Below are positions 36,707 to 46,359 of a DNA stretch of 49,030 bases, in pieces. A program made the translations under genes and the position numbers. The notes beneath the pieces are model-generated. The model was not told the DNA's origin. It made no database searches and saw nothing but the letters and a program-made list of their open reading frames with translations. How positions within the stretch are numbered: position 1 is the first letter of the stretch; each line of letters opens with the position of its first letter. The stretch comes from a virus (taxonomy: Duplodnaviria; Caudoviricetes): IMG/VR virus record IMGVR_UViG_3300005077_001133, positions 1-49,030 of that record; one strand, given 5' to 3'.

Positions 36707-37606
36707 TCAATGTTTGCACGACTGACCAAGTGGTCTATCACGTTCAAATGTACCTCTATATATTTTTTCTACACCTCTAACATCTCGTTGACCCGATCCA
36801 TCTTCCATTCGACAAACTTTATAATCAGGATGAAACCAATTTTCTTGAATATTACCAATAACTACAGGATCGATCCAACAAGCAACAACATCTCCAGACC
36901 ATTCATCATAACCTCTAATACCAAATGTACGAAATCCTTTTAAACAACAACAAGGTTGATCAAGTGGGTGTTTATATTCTGAATCAATAAGCATTTTATC
37001 TGTTGTGCTATATTTTTGATACTCAGTAAAATTAGCACCTCTATTATCACCTTTATAATCTTGAATTTTAAATAGTATTTTCCATGAATTCCATTTAAAT
37101 TTATTTTGAATAATTGCTAATTTATCTTCTACACGAAATAATTCTTTTACATATACTTTTCCTGGCAACCATTCTGCGATCTTTTTAACATTACTTTCAA
37201 AAATTTTTGTTTGTTCTTCATTGAGCATTTTACGATGATAAGTAAAACCAATTCTCCAAATTTTTTTTCCATGTGTTTTAATAATGTATTCGTAGTCTTT
37301 TAATTGACACATTCCATTTGAAAGAAGATCAAATTCTTCTTTATCGTTTTGTAACGATAACATAATATTATTAACTAATTCTACATTTGGTCCAAAAAAC
37401 GTTTCTCCACCATGTAAATTTAAAACAATTCGATTTGCATCTTTGATATGAGTGTTTCTAAAACATTTGTATTCATCAATTGTAAATTTACATTCTCTTC
37501 GACCATTTTCAAATGGATGTTTGTGTTTAAAATAATCTGTATGAAAACAATAATAACATTGCAAATTACAATCAAAGTGAATTGGATAATCAATTCGATA
37601 CTCCAT
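36707..37606 (-). CDS. Radical SAM protein
   Basis: CNLQCYYC, GGE, LSNG, C-terminal C...GDVVAC..GNI; AGGAG RBS before ATG 37606. Confidence 0.88.
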   Translation of the reverse strand: MEYRIDYPIHFDCNLQCYYCFHTDYFKHKHPFENGRRECKFTIDEYKCFRNTHIKDANRIVLNLHGGETFFGPNVELVNNIMLSLQNDKEEFDLLSNGMCQLKDYEYIIKTHGKKIWRIGFTYHRKMLNEEQTKIFESNVKKIAEWLPGKVYVKELFRVEDKLAIIQNKFKWNSWKILFKIQDYKGDNRGANFTEYQKYSTTDKMLIDSEYKHPLDQPCCCLKGFRTFGIRGYDEWSGDVVACWIDPVVIGNIQENWFHPDYKVCRMEDGSGQRDVRGVEKIYRGTFERDRPLGQSCKH

Positions 37607-37637
37607 AAACAACTCCTTTCAATACATCATTTATTGG

Positions 37638-37645
37638 TATTTATA
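37638..37645 (-). promoter_or_regulatory. T4-type late promoter TATAAATA upstream of the radical SAM and methyltransferase pair
   Basis: Exact motif overlapping the upstream stop codon, about 30 nt before the start. Confidence 0.6.
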
Positions 37646-40217
37646 ATTCGCTTGGTGGTATATAAGAAGCACGATCATAACCAAACAAACCAGTTTTATA
37701 TTTTGAATATATTGGTGCGTTAACACCTGGATTTGGTGGACGTGTAATTCCTATAAATGGTGCAAAATAATTACGATGAGAAATAATCCATGCAAGTGTT
37801 TCACCATATCCATAATCATTAATTTTCAATGGCCAGTGAGCTGGTGCATTCCAATTATATTGTTCTTTACCATCAGTTGAAACTGTTTGAAAAACACCTT
37901 GTACTGCAGCAGATGATTCTGCAAAAGTACAACTATCAATTCTTGCAACAGCTGATAAAAATGACGTGCTACTAACAGAGATAAAATTTTCAAATACACA
38001 ATCCTGTAAATATAAGTCATAAGCAGTATCTGTTTCAACATCATTAAAACCACCACTTGCAAAAAATGTACAACCTGCATAATATGTGTTATTAACAAAT
38101 GTTGCAGTCGTAGCTGTTGTTTGGCCTTGTTCATATATACCAAATGTTCCATTAGCTTTTGCAAATGATATGGTACCATCAATACCATTTTCAACCACAT
38201 ACATATTATAGCAAGGACCAATTATCAAGGAGCCACCAATTTTTCCAACTGCTGATGGTTTTGAATAAATCATACCATTAACTAATACTGTTTTACTAAG
38301 ATTAACTGAATACAACCCATTAAGTGCAAAAACCCACGGTCCATAAGTTAATAAATCCCAGTCTTGAATAGTAAATTGTTTATCAGCAGCTGTTAAAGCA
38401 TTTATACCAACAAAATCATTAATATCTCTTAATCCTTTAAGTCGATAAACTGTACCAGATATTCCTGTTCCACCGTATTTAATTTGATTGATAAATTCAC
38501 TCCAACACAATGGTGTTGCTGACGTTCCATCATAACCAGTATTTACATCATTAGATGTATCAATATCAACATAAATATTTTCATATGCTAATGGTGATGA
38601 ATAAGAAACAGTAAAAGCAGCACTCGTTGCATTATTATAAAGTTCTTGTTCTGGTATTGATGTATTGTGTGAAACCCATGCTTCAATTACATAATCACCA
38701 TCATATAATCCATAGAAAAAATCACGAATGGGCAGAGAAGGATTATAAAATACCCGAGTATCAATAAGTGTTCCATCAGCTTCTAATAAATTAACAATTA
38801 AATTTGCAGCACCACTTAAATTAGAATTGCCAGATGTTGAATTTATCTCTGTGCACGCAAAATATATATTTTCACCAGTTTGAAATGTTGTTTTTTCTAT
38901 ATAAGATGAATTTGTAGGAATAACATTAGCTGATAATGGATAATCAAATATAATTAGTGGATTTTCATATTGTAATCGACTACTTTGATACCATTTATTT
39001 GGCGAAAATATATAACCTCCAACATAATATTCTTCATTTATTTGATATGGTTTAGATGAAGAATAAGAAGCAGGATTTGGAATTGTATCTGGAAAGGATA
39101 AATCTGCTGAAAAAATAAATTCATGTTCAGTTGCAGTTGTTTCATTTGTTGAAGCATAATGAGCATAATATGTTTTTGTTGATAAAGTTGTGGCAGCAGC
39201 AGGTTCAACTGACATTGTTACAGTTGTTGCAGAAATATCGTCATAATAACCTGATGTAGGTCCAGCAGAAATCGTTCCAAGTGTTTCAGGAAAATATAAT
39301 GCACCAACTCCATCTCGTCGTCCACCATATAAATTACCAGCATTTTCGCTATTACTTTTATTAGTAAATGTATAAGAAATAACACCTGTTGCTGTAATAG
39401 TATTCCAATCAGCTGATAAATAATTAATATCTGAAGAATTTATAGCGGAAATATCATAATTTATAATATCTGGAGGTGTCCAATTTTCTTGAGGATTTTG
39501 AATATATGACATCCAATTTTTAGGTGGATAATATGGCGATGGTGTTATATCAGCACAAAAATCACTTTCTTCTCTATCTAATACACTACCTTCAATAAAT
39601 AAATAATTCATATTAGTTGGAAAACCAATCATTTCAGCAACAAAAATAGTATTACGCATATACAAAGTATTTTGTTGTAAATATAAACCTGGATTTGAAC
39701 CTCCAGACAAAAGCACTACTGAACCATTAAAATTACCATAAAGCCACGATTGTTGTGAATGCATTTGTTTTGCATTTATCCACATATCTTCTATTTTCCA
39801 AACACCACCCAAATATGGGGAATCAACGACAGTATTTTTTAACCATAAACTATAACATTGAATTCGACCATCTTGTAATACAAAATTATCAAATGTATTA
39901 TCACCAGAGAATTCTAAGAAACCAAATTCTGCTGACAACACGATTGACCATGGTGTTGCTCCCTCAGTTGGCCACTGAGCAAGAAGAATAAACATGTTAC
40001 CAGTTCCCTTATATGAATCATCACCACCATTACTAACTGGCAAACTTAAAATCGAATCACTTACAACACGATCACCACTTAAATAGTATGTTTTATTGTC
40101 TGTGGCTAAACCACCTGATAAATGGTCAATAAATGAATTCCAATCCCATGGCAAAATAGATGTGCCAAAACCAGTCGTGCCATCATATGAATTATCAATA
40201 TTAACATAGTATTGCAT
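37641..40217 (-). CDS. Large virion-surface-type protein with two beta-helix-like modules, paralogous to 32739-36026
   Basis: MQYYVNID..G.GTS..PW.W..F, RRDGVGALYF, second YVDID..GT.ATP..WSEF module. Confidence 0.75.
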   Translation of the reverse strand: MQYYVNIDNSYDGTTGFGTSILPWDWNSFIDHLSGGLATDNKTYYLSGDRVVSDSILSLPVSNGGDDSYKGTGNMFILLAQWPTEGATPWSIVLSAEFGFLEFSGDNTFDNFVLQDGRIQCYSLWLKNTVVDSPYLGGVWKIEDMWINAKQMHSQQSWLYGNFNGSVVLLSGGSNPGLYLQQNTLYMRNTIFVAEMIGFPTNMNYLFIEGSVLDREESDFCADITPSPYYPPKNWMSYIQNPQENWTPPDIINYDISAINSSDINYLSADWNTITATGVISYTFTNKSNSENAGNLYGGRRDGVGALYFPETLGTISAGPTSGYYDDISATTVTMSVEPAAATTLSTKTYYAHYASTNETTATEHEFIFSADLSFPDTIPNPASYSSSKPYQINEEYYVGGYIFSPNKWYQSSRLQYENPLIIFDYPLSANVIPTNSSYIEKTTFQTGENIYFACTEINSTSGNSNLSGAANLIVNLLEADGTLIDTRVFYNPSLPIRDFFYGLYDGDYVIEAWVSHNTSIPEQELYNNATSAAFTVSYSSPLAYENIYVDIDTSNDVNTGYDGTSATPLCWSEFINQIKYGGTGISGTVYRLKGLRDINDFVGINALTAADKQFTIQDWDLLTYGPWVFALNGLYSVNLSKTVLVNGMIYSKPSAVGKIGGSLIIGPCYNMYVVENGIDGTISFAKANGTFGIYEQGQTTATTATFVNNTYYAGCTFFASGGFNDVETDTAYDLYLQDCVFENFISVSSTSFLSAVARIDSCTFAESSAAVQGVFQTVSTDGKEQYNWNAPAHWPLKINDYGYGETLAWIISHRNYFAPFIGITRPPNPGVNAPIYSKYKTGLFGYDRASYIPPSEL

Positions 40218-40221
40218 GTTA

Positions 40222-43155
40222 TTACCTTATATATTGTGTTTGCGTATTCATCCAAAGTTGAATTATTTCATTACCAATAGTATAACCACCACCAACATTA
40301 GTTTCAATTTCTTGATTATTTACATTATTAGTTGCTTTTTCAACTGCAATGTTTCCATAGCTGTCTATCATGTTATATCGAATAATCCAAGCAAGATCTT
40401 TATGAATAAAATTAACAAGCTCGTAAAAATCTGGTGATTCTTCAAATTTCCAATTATCTGAATTAATAATATCTTGACTTGCAAATAAATTATACATGTT
40501 ATAAATTAATTCATAATAAAATGATCTTTCTGTAATTTCAGCTGCGAACCCTTCCCCAATTGTTTGCATATTATAAATTAAACGATCTGCATATAAAATA
40601 CCATGACCAGTACCTCTTTCACCTCTTAGTATATCTTCATAATCTTGATTAGCTACTGCACCTAAAGCTATTTGTCGTTCAGCTTTTGTCTTAGTTGAAA
40701 CAGATGAAGGCGAATCTTTTGTATATTTATTAAGATATGCAGTTAAACTATTTAAAATTATATCGTGAATTGTTTCACTATCATGTTCACTCCAATTACT
40801 ATAAAAGTCTGATAAGTAATTTTCAAAGTCACTAAAATTAAACCACGTATCTTGTCCTGCAGGAGGACTTTCTACACGAGGTGCTAATTTAATATCAGCT
40901 CGCACAACATCTGGAAACGATTCAATTAATTCAATTATATTTGAAATATAAATTGGTTTATTAAAATCAGCATTTTTATCAGCCCATGTATAAATTTTGT
41001 TTTTAATATTTGTGTGTAAAACATCTTTATCTACAAGTGATCGACAATATATTGTTCCATTGATATTAAAAGTATGAATAATTGGCGACACATAAATATT
41101 TTTTACAGTAAGTTGACAACGTTGATCAAGCTGTCGTACAACTTGATTAACCTTATCACTATATTGAAATGCTTTACCAACAAATGCATAAGTATTTTCA
41201 TATGAACCATCTCCTAAACCAAAAATATTATAATTAGTTGCAGTTGTTGCCAATGAATAATCATATGCCAAACCATCCCATATTTTTTCAATCTTATATT
41301 TATTATCAATAAGTTTAATTTCAAAATGATCTGTTATATAAGCAACAGACACGTATGAAAATGGTTCAAAATCATCAATAGCAGCTGAAAAAATCGATTC
41401 ATCACGTAACACGTCTTGAATTCGTTGAGCTATTGCATCATAACTTGTTTGATTGATTGCAGCAATAGTTTGGCCAGCAGCTGACATATTAATTGTATAT
41501 GTATCTTCGCTATCAATTTCTGTAAGTGTTACTGCCCATTTAATATTATCTCCTGCTGTTTTATATGCAAAATCAGAAAATGAAGGATACAACACAGCGT
41601 CGCCAACAATTCGTTGACTTGTGAGAGCGTCTCCTTCTGATGATTGTTTCTGATATTTTATCTGTTGTACAATATTTTGAGCAACAAAAACATTCATATA
41701 ATTTTGTGCAGGAATAAGTTCATCAGAATCTTCAACATCGAGAGTGACTTCACGTGTGTCTTCTATAGGACTAAATTCAGCAAGATCAATGCTTGTGTTA
41801 TATAAAGAACCCAAACAACTAAAAAGGACTACATTAAATAATTTCTTTATTGCAAGAACTGATTCATTTGAATCATCATTATCAATTGCTTGAATGTTTT
41901 GATTATATACTTCTTCTTGTTCACCCCATGCAATTGCATTACGAATAACTATAGGACTTGAAAGAGTTTTAAGATAATCCTGATAATCTTTTTTTGTTAC
42001 TACACGATCAAGTGAATAATAAATTGAAGGAGCATTTGTTTTAATAGCTTCAATACTCTCAAGGTCAGAACCACCAATAATATTTGAATAAAATTCAAAC
42101 TGCACTACGTTAGAAATATCTTTTCCAGTAATGGTTTTAATTGCTTTACCAACTTGTAATTTATTACCTATAACACCAGCCTTATTTGCTTTTGAACCAA
42201 TAGTTGCAAGATATTGTAAATATATTGTTTGTGAAGTAGTGTCAAGACCCTTTGCTGCATATTTTCCATCACCAAATTTAAGATCAATGCCTTCGTCTGT
42301 TGAAGTGCGAATTAAACATATTTTTTGAGCTACTGGATCTTGAAAATTAAAATTTTGTAATGATTCAATCTTTAATAAAGAACGACGATCGATTTCATAA
42401 ATATTATCTTCTTCAAATGCTTCCTGTTGTGTAGTACCTATACCAACCTTTGTAATGTTTCCATCGCTATAATCTTGTTCACCATACATATTACTAAATT
42501 CTTTGTCTGTAATTCGATATGTTTGAAATATTTGACTAACTTGATTGCTGGTATTTCCAGGAATTTTTGCACTTTTAATTTCACCTTGAATTAATGTAAT
42601 ACGTTCTTCTGTTGTACTTGCAGTAAGTTCATTTTCTACAATTTCAGTGTTAAGATCAGCACCAGCTGCAATATCTGCAGAAGTAATTGTATATTCAAAC
42701 ATTGTTTTAAGTATAAAAGGATTACCTTCACCCGTAAAAGCCGTGTATTGTGGAATTTGAATTTTATCACCAGCAACCACACCAGTTGCAGCAAGATCAC
42801 CCTTCAAACGAACTTTGATACGTGCTTCTGCAGGAACACGACGTTGTATATCATAAGCAAGTTGACGAGCAAGTAAAATAACTGAACTCTTTAAACGAGC
42901 TGTATCAAAATAGCATTCTTCAGCACGACGTTCAATATAATGATTGCACAAATCAACAGCACCTGCAAAAATTTCAATCATTGTCTGAGCGATGGCCGAT
43001 TCACGAAAGTTATCAAAGTCAGGATCAGCAGCGAGCTTCTGGTTGACCTTAGTTATTATATCACTATATGTAAGGCCTGTATAATCAAGAAAATTACGAC
43101 TTTGTAACAATTTGTTAAGAAGCAACTGTTCTTTTGTTTCTTGTAATGTTGCCAT
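40222..43155 (-). CDS. gp6: Baseplate wedge subunit (T4 gp6 / baseplate J-like), enlarged
   Basis: DY..LTY.DI, E.YFDTA...SV..LA..L.Y, FGDG, GG.D.ES.E.IK.NAP...RVVT..DY, AWG. Confidence 0.9.
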   Translation of the reverse strand: MATLQETKEQLLLNKLLQSRNFLDYTGLTYSDIITKVNQKLAADPDFDNFRESAIAQTMIEIFAGAVDLCNHYIERRAEECYFDTARLKSSVILLARQLAYDIQRRVPAEARIKVRLKGDLAATGVVAGDKIQIPQYTAFTGEGNPFILKTMFEYTITSADIAAGADLNTEIVENELTASTTEERITLIQGEIKSAKIPGNTSNQVSQIFQTYRITDKEFSNMYGEQDYSDGNITKVGIGTTQQEAFEEDNIYEIDRRSLLKIESLQNFNFQDPVAQKICLIRTSTDEGIDLKFGDGKYAAKGLDTTSQTIYLQYLATIGSKANKAGVIGNKLQVGKAIKTITGKDISNVVQFEFYSNIIGGSDLESIEAIKTNAPSIYYSLDRVVTKKDYQDYLKTLSSPIVIRNAIAWGEQEEVYNQNIQAIDNDDSNESVLAIKKLFNVVLFSCLGSLYNTSIDLAEFSPIEDTREVTLDVEDSDELIPAQNYMNVFVAQNIVQQIKYQKQSSEGDALTSQRIVGDAVLYPSFSDFAYKTAGDNIKWAVTLTEIDSEDTYTINMSAAGQTIAAINQTSYDAIAQRIQDVLRDESIFSAAIDDFEPFSYVSVAYITDHFEIKLIDNKYKIEKIWDGLAYDYSLATTATNYNIFGLGDGSYENTYAFVGKAFQYSDKVNQVVRQLDQRCQLTVKNIYVSPIIHTFNINGTIYCRSLVDKDVLHTNIKNKIYTWADKNADFNKPIYISNIIELIESFPDVVRADIKLAPRVESPPAGQDTWFNFSDFENYLSDFYSNWSEHDSETIHDIILNSLTAYLNKYTKDSPSSVSTKTKAERQIALGAVANQDYEDILRGERGTGHGILYADRLIYNMQTIGEGFAAEITERSFYYELIYNMYNLFASQDIINSDNWKFEESPDFYELVNFIHKDLAWIIRYNMIDSYGNIAVEKATNNVNNQEIETNVGGGYTIGNEIIQLWMNTQTQYIR

Positions 43156-43182
43156 TATTTTATCCTCTCATCAAGTTATTTT

Positions 43183-43575
43183 TCATGCGAATATTTTTTT
43201 CTCCCACACAGCTGTTTTTCCATTACGAAGAATAATATATGGAAGAGACAATCGAATAGCATTTTGATCAGTAAATACTGTAATAGAAGCACTGTTTTCT
43301 AATAATCGAATACGATCTTCCCAACGTTTGATAGCTGCAATACATCCATTTAATAAATCTTCTGCAGTACTTTTATTCATATTTTCAAACATCTGAGTCC
43401 ACAACGGTGAACCAAAACTCAAATTAAAAAGACGTTCATTGTATGATGTTGCCAATATCATTTCAATACTTTGACTAATAACTTCTTCATCACGTATTTC
43501 ACCCCTACGAATTACATCTTTATGTAAATCATATGCCCAAGAATCACTAAACTCTTTTGGTTCTATAAATGGCAT
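43183..43575 (-). CDS. gp25: Baseplate wedge / sheath initiator (gp25-like)
   Basis: I.QSI..IL.T...ERLFN..FGS.L...FE, AI.RWE.RI. Confidence 0.9.
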   Translation of the reverse strand: MPFIEPKEFSDSWAYDLHKDVIRRGEIRDEEVISQSIEMILATSYNERLFNLSFGSPLWTQMFENMNKSTAEDLLNGCIAAIKRWEDRIRLLENSASITVFTDQNAIRLSLPYIILRNGKTAVWEKKIFA

Positions 43576-43597
43576 AATAACTCCTTTTTCATAGTAC

Positions 43598-44113
43598 TTA
43601 TTTTATTTCAGTTCCCTGTGCTACTTCTTGTGCTTTAATTATTTCTCGTTCAACTTTATTTTGTACTAATACAACATTAAGTGCAGCTAAAAATGTATTC
43701 ATTTGAGCATTTGTTACTGGTACTTGAGGTTGTGCAGATGGAAACGTTGCCAACTGTGTTGTAAGTGTTGTAATTAAAGTATCAAACATCGTACTATGAT
43801 TATCAATGCGATCTTTAAATATAATTTCAACCTTTTCTATCAAATAACTTAATGTTTCACGTACAATAATTTCAATAAGAGCATCAATTCCAACTTGATC
43901 ACCTGTTGAATATACAAGCTGATATGTTGGTTTTCTTGCATTTATTGAAATGTTTGGTACCGCATCAGGATGTTTTAAAGCTGGTGTTTGGTCAGATTTT
44001 GTTACTGCACCAGTTTCCTGATTAATTTCAATTTTGCCGTCTTTTAACGTTGTTGCTTCTAATGCAGTAATGATTCTTGTTTTCAATGTTTCAGCATCGT
44101 TTTGAATTGCCAT
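43598..44113 (-). CDS. Hypothetical baseplate-region protein
   Basis: Packed ORF between the gp5-like and gp25-like genes. Confidence 0.75.
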   Translation of the reverse strand: MAIQNDAETLKTRIITALEATTLKDGKIEINQETGAVTKSDQTPALKHPDAVPNISINARKPTYQLVYSTGDQVGIDALIEIIVRETLSYLIEKVEIIFKDRIDNHSTMFDTLITTLTTQLATFPSAQPQVPVTNAQMNTFLAALNVVLVQNKVEREIIKAQEVAQGTEIK

Positions 44114-44115
44114 TA

Positions 44116-44808
44116 TTAAACTCCCGGTGCTACTTTTTGTCCTTGAAGAATAGCTCCACTATATGGACATGTAGGAATAGCACAAAACGGTCCTTGACCG
44201 TTTGGTATTACTGCAATGCCCTTATCTTCAAGAAATAAAGCATGATCAATTACAATATTGCCCAATACATCAAAAGTAATGGTTGAACCAGATTTATGTT
44301 CAAGTTTCATTTCATCGGTAGTACCATTATATGTCCATGTTGTACCACTTCGGTGTTCAAAAACAATATCACCGTTTGAGCGATCGAAAGTTAAAACATC
44401 ACCGTCATCTGTTGAGAACAACACCATATTGTCGGGATAGTGAATATCTTTTTGTAAAGGCAATTTCCCACTCTCAAAAACCTTTGTAGTATAACGTGGA
44501 AGATAAATATCACCTTGATCAAAATATACCTTTACAATTGCATCAATAGGTGGTACCACAAATGAACCAATAGTACTTCCAATAAAATTAAAATCTGGTG
44601 TTGCCCACGGTATATCATTATCATTAATTTCATCACCATAAACACCAAAAACTCGAATTCTACAACGACCATTTTTATTTGGATCATTGTTATTTATAAC
44701 CTTACCACTGTAAAACGACTCTCTTTGCTGTTTTTCTGCCCGATCTATAAATTCACGAAGTAATTTATTAACATTTTCGTCGAGTTTTTCACGTATATTG
44801 ATATTCAT
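44116..44808 (-). CDS. gp5: Central spike protein (gp5 / gpV-like OB fold plus short beta-helix, no lysozyme domain)
   Basis: Y.GKV.NN.DP...GRCRIRVFG, PWA, PP....V.V.F..GD...P; EH.SG repeats. Confidence 0.85.
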   Translation of the reverse strand: MNINIREKLDENVNKLLREFIDRAEKQQRESFYSGKVINNNDPNKNGRCRIRVFGVYGDEINDNDIPWATPDFNFIGSTIGSFVVPPIDAIVKVYFDQGDIYLPRYTTKVFESGKLPLQKDIHYPDNMVLFSTDDGDVLTFDRSNGDIVFEHRSGTTWTYNGTTDEMKLEHKSGSTITFDVLGNIVIDHALFLEDKGIAVIPNGQGPFCAIPTCPYSGAILQGQKVAPGV

Positions 44809-45998
44809 TAAATCCTCGTTTGTACTATTGTTGCTTGATTCATTCCAGAACGGTGAAGTGAAATACGTTTACGATATAACATACCTTTACTTACATTATG
44901 TGTGATACCTCCTACAATATACTCACCAGAATAAACATCATTCATATCAGCATTGACAAGAGAAGGAACAACAACATCAATGAGATCCATTAATTGAACA
45001 TTCATTACCGGATTAATTGCTAACACCATTGATTGTCCGAAAAATCCTACACGCAATTGTTGATTACGAACAACAGCTTCAAAATAATCATCATGAACAT
45101 TTTCATTAATCATACCAAATTGTTGATGATTAGTCAGTTGTTCAGGATTTGTTTTGGTGGTGATATCACCTAACTGAAAATCAACTACTGATGTTTTACG
45201 TTGATTTAATTTTTGATCATAATAATCAAGTGCAAAACCTGACCCACCCATTTTGTGTAAAAAACCATTAATATTAACCATATCATAAGAATTAAACCAT
45301 ATAATTTCGTCATCACCATTATTTAACTGTGATAATGGTAATGCAAAATTATTCAGACTGTACATTGCACGAGTAATATTAGAATTTATAGTTGCATTTC
45401 GTAACGATTTCACAACAATTTGATTTGTTGTGTTACCATAACAAAATATTGTATCACCACTTTTACTTGAACGATCAAGTATGTGTTTAAACATTTTAAA
45501 ATTATCTATATTGAGCTGAAGCCATGTCATTCTATCTGTAACTGAAATATTATCTGGATTTGAAAAAGCAATATCAACCTCTCCAGCTAATTGTTGAAAA
45601 GCATCAATAGATGAACTATTATTGATACTACGATTTCTTATTTTAAACATGTCAGTAGATTTCATTAAACCTGTGATACTCACGTTTGACATTTTATTAT
45701 CACTAAGAATATCTACAGCTACATTTTGTACATCAAATGACATTGTCAACATATCTTGATCCTCGTCACTATTACCTATTATAATGTTAACAACAGAACC
45801 CTCTTTCACTGGATATCCTTCAGTTAATACACCATCATCCATAATGATTAATTCCATACGTGGAAGTATATCAAATACCCATTCTCTAATAGTTAATGAG
45901 AGAATGTTACTTGGAACCATCTCAACATCATCAATATCAATTTGACAGTAGAAGTTTTGTCGATTTGTTGTATTAACTGGTTGATGAATTTTTGCCAT
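44808..45998 (-). CDS. Baseplate hub protein (gp27 / gpD-like)
   Basis: Size and position before gp5; YSG.YIV..ITH C-terminal motif. Confidence 0.7.
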   Translation of the reverse strand: MAKIHQPVNTTNRQNFYCQIDIDDVEMVPSNILSLTIREWVFDILPRMELIIMDDGVLTEGYPVKEGSVVNIIIGNSDEDQDMLTMSFDVQNVAVDILSDNKMSNVSITGLMKSTDMFKIRNRSINNSSSIDAFQQLAGEVDIAFSNPDNISVTDRMTWLQLNIDNFKMFKHILDRSSKSGDTIFCYGNTTNQIVVKSLRNATINSNITRAMYSLNNFALPLSQLNNGDDEIIWFNSYDMVNINGFLHKMGGSGFALDYYDQKLNQRKTSVVDFQLGDITTKTNPEQLTNHQQFGMINENVHDDYFEAVVRNQQLRVGFFGQSMVLAINPVMNVQLMDLIDVVVPSLVNADMNDVYSGEYIVGGITHNVSKGMLYRKRISLHRSGMNQATIVQTRI

Positions 45999-46016
45999 TT
46001 ATTTCTCCAAAAAACA

Positions 46017-46349
46017 TTAAGTTTTTTTTGCCAAAAAACTTCTAACAGTCAAGAAATAATCGTTTATATCTTGCACATCTGGTACCTGAAGTATTTGTCC
46101 AATTTCCATATCATTCCACACATCATCGATTTTGTTGAAACGACAAACTATCCACCAGTAATCTTGTCGATTATAAAACTTATTAGATAATATATCTGGA
46201 CGAGCGATATCAGTTGTTTCAACTGTATAAAATCTCATTGGACGGCGAGCAACAAAAAAATCATTGAAGTAATTTTGTGCAAGATCTTTCTCATTTTTAC
46301 CTTCAACAGTTTCAGTTGGAAAAAAATTTGTTCTATTAAAACGACTCAT
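46017..46349 (-). CDS. gp53: Baseplate wedge subunit (gp53 / LysM-like)
   Basis: RPDILS..FY....YWWI...N.I.D......GQ.L.VP. Confidence 0.85.
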   Translation of the reverse strand: MSRFNRTNFFPTETVEGKNEKDLAQNYFNDFFVARRPMRFYTVETTDIARPDILSNKFYNRQDYWWIVCRFNKIDDVWNDMEIGQILQVPDVQDINDYFLTVRSFLAKKT

Positions 46350-46359
46350 TTACTACTCC

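Noticed and set aside
26995-40217. Diversity-generating retroelement acting on fibre genes
   Set aside because: No reverse transcriptase and no template/variable repeat pair noticed by eye; a dot-plot would be needed to exclude it fully
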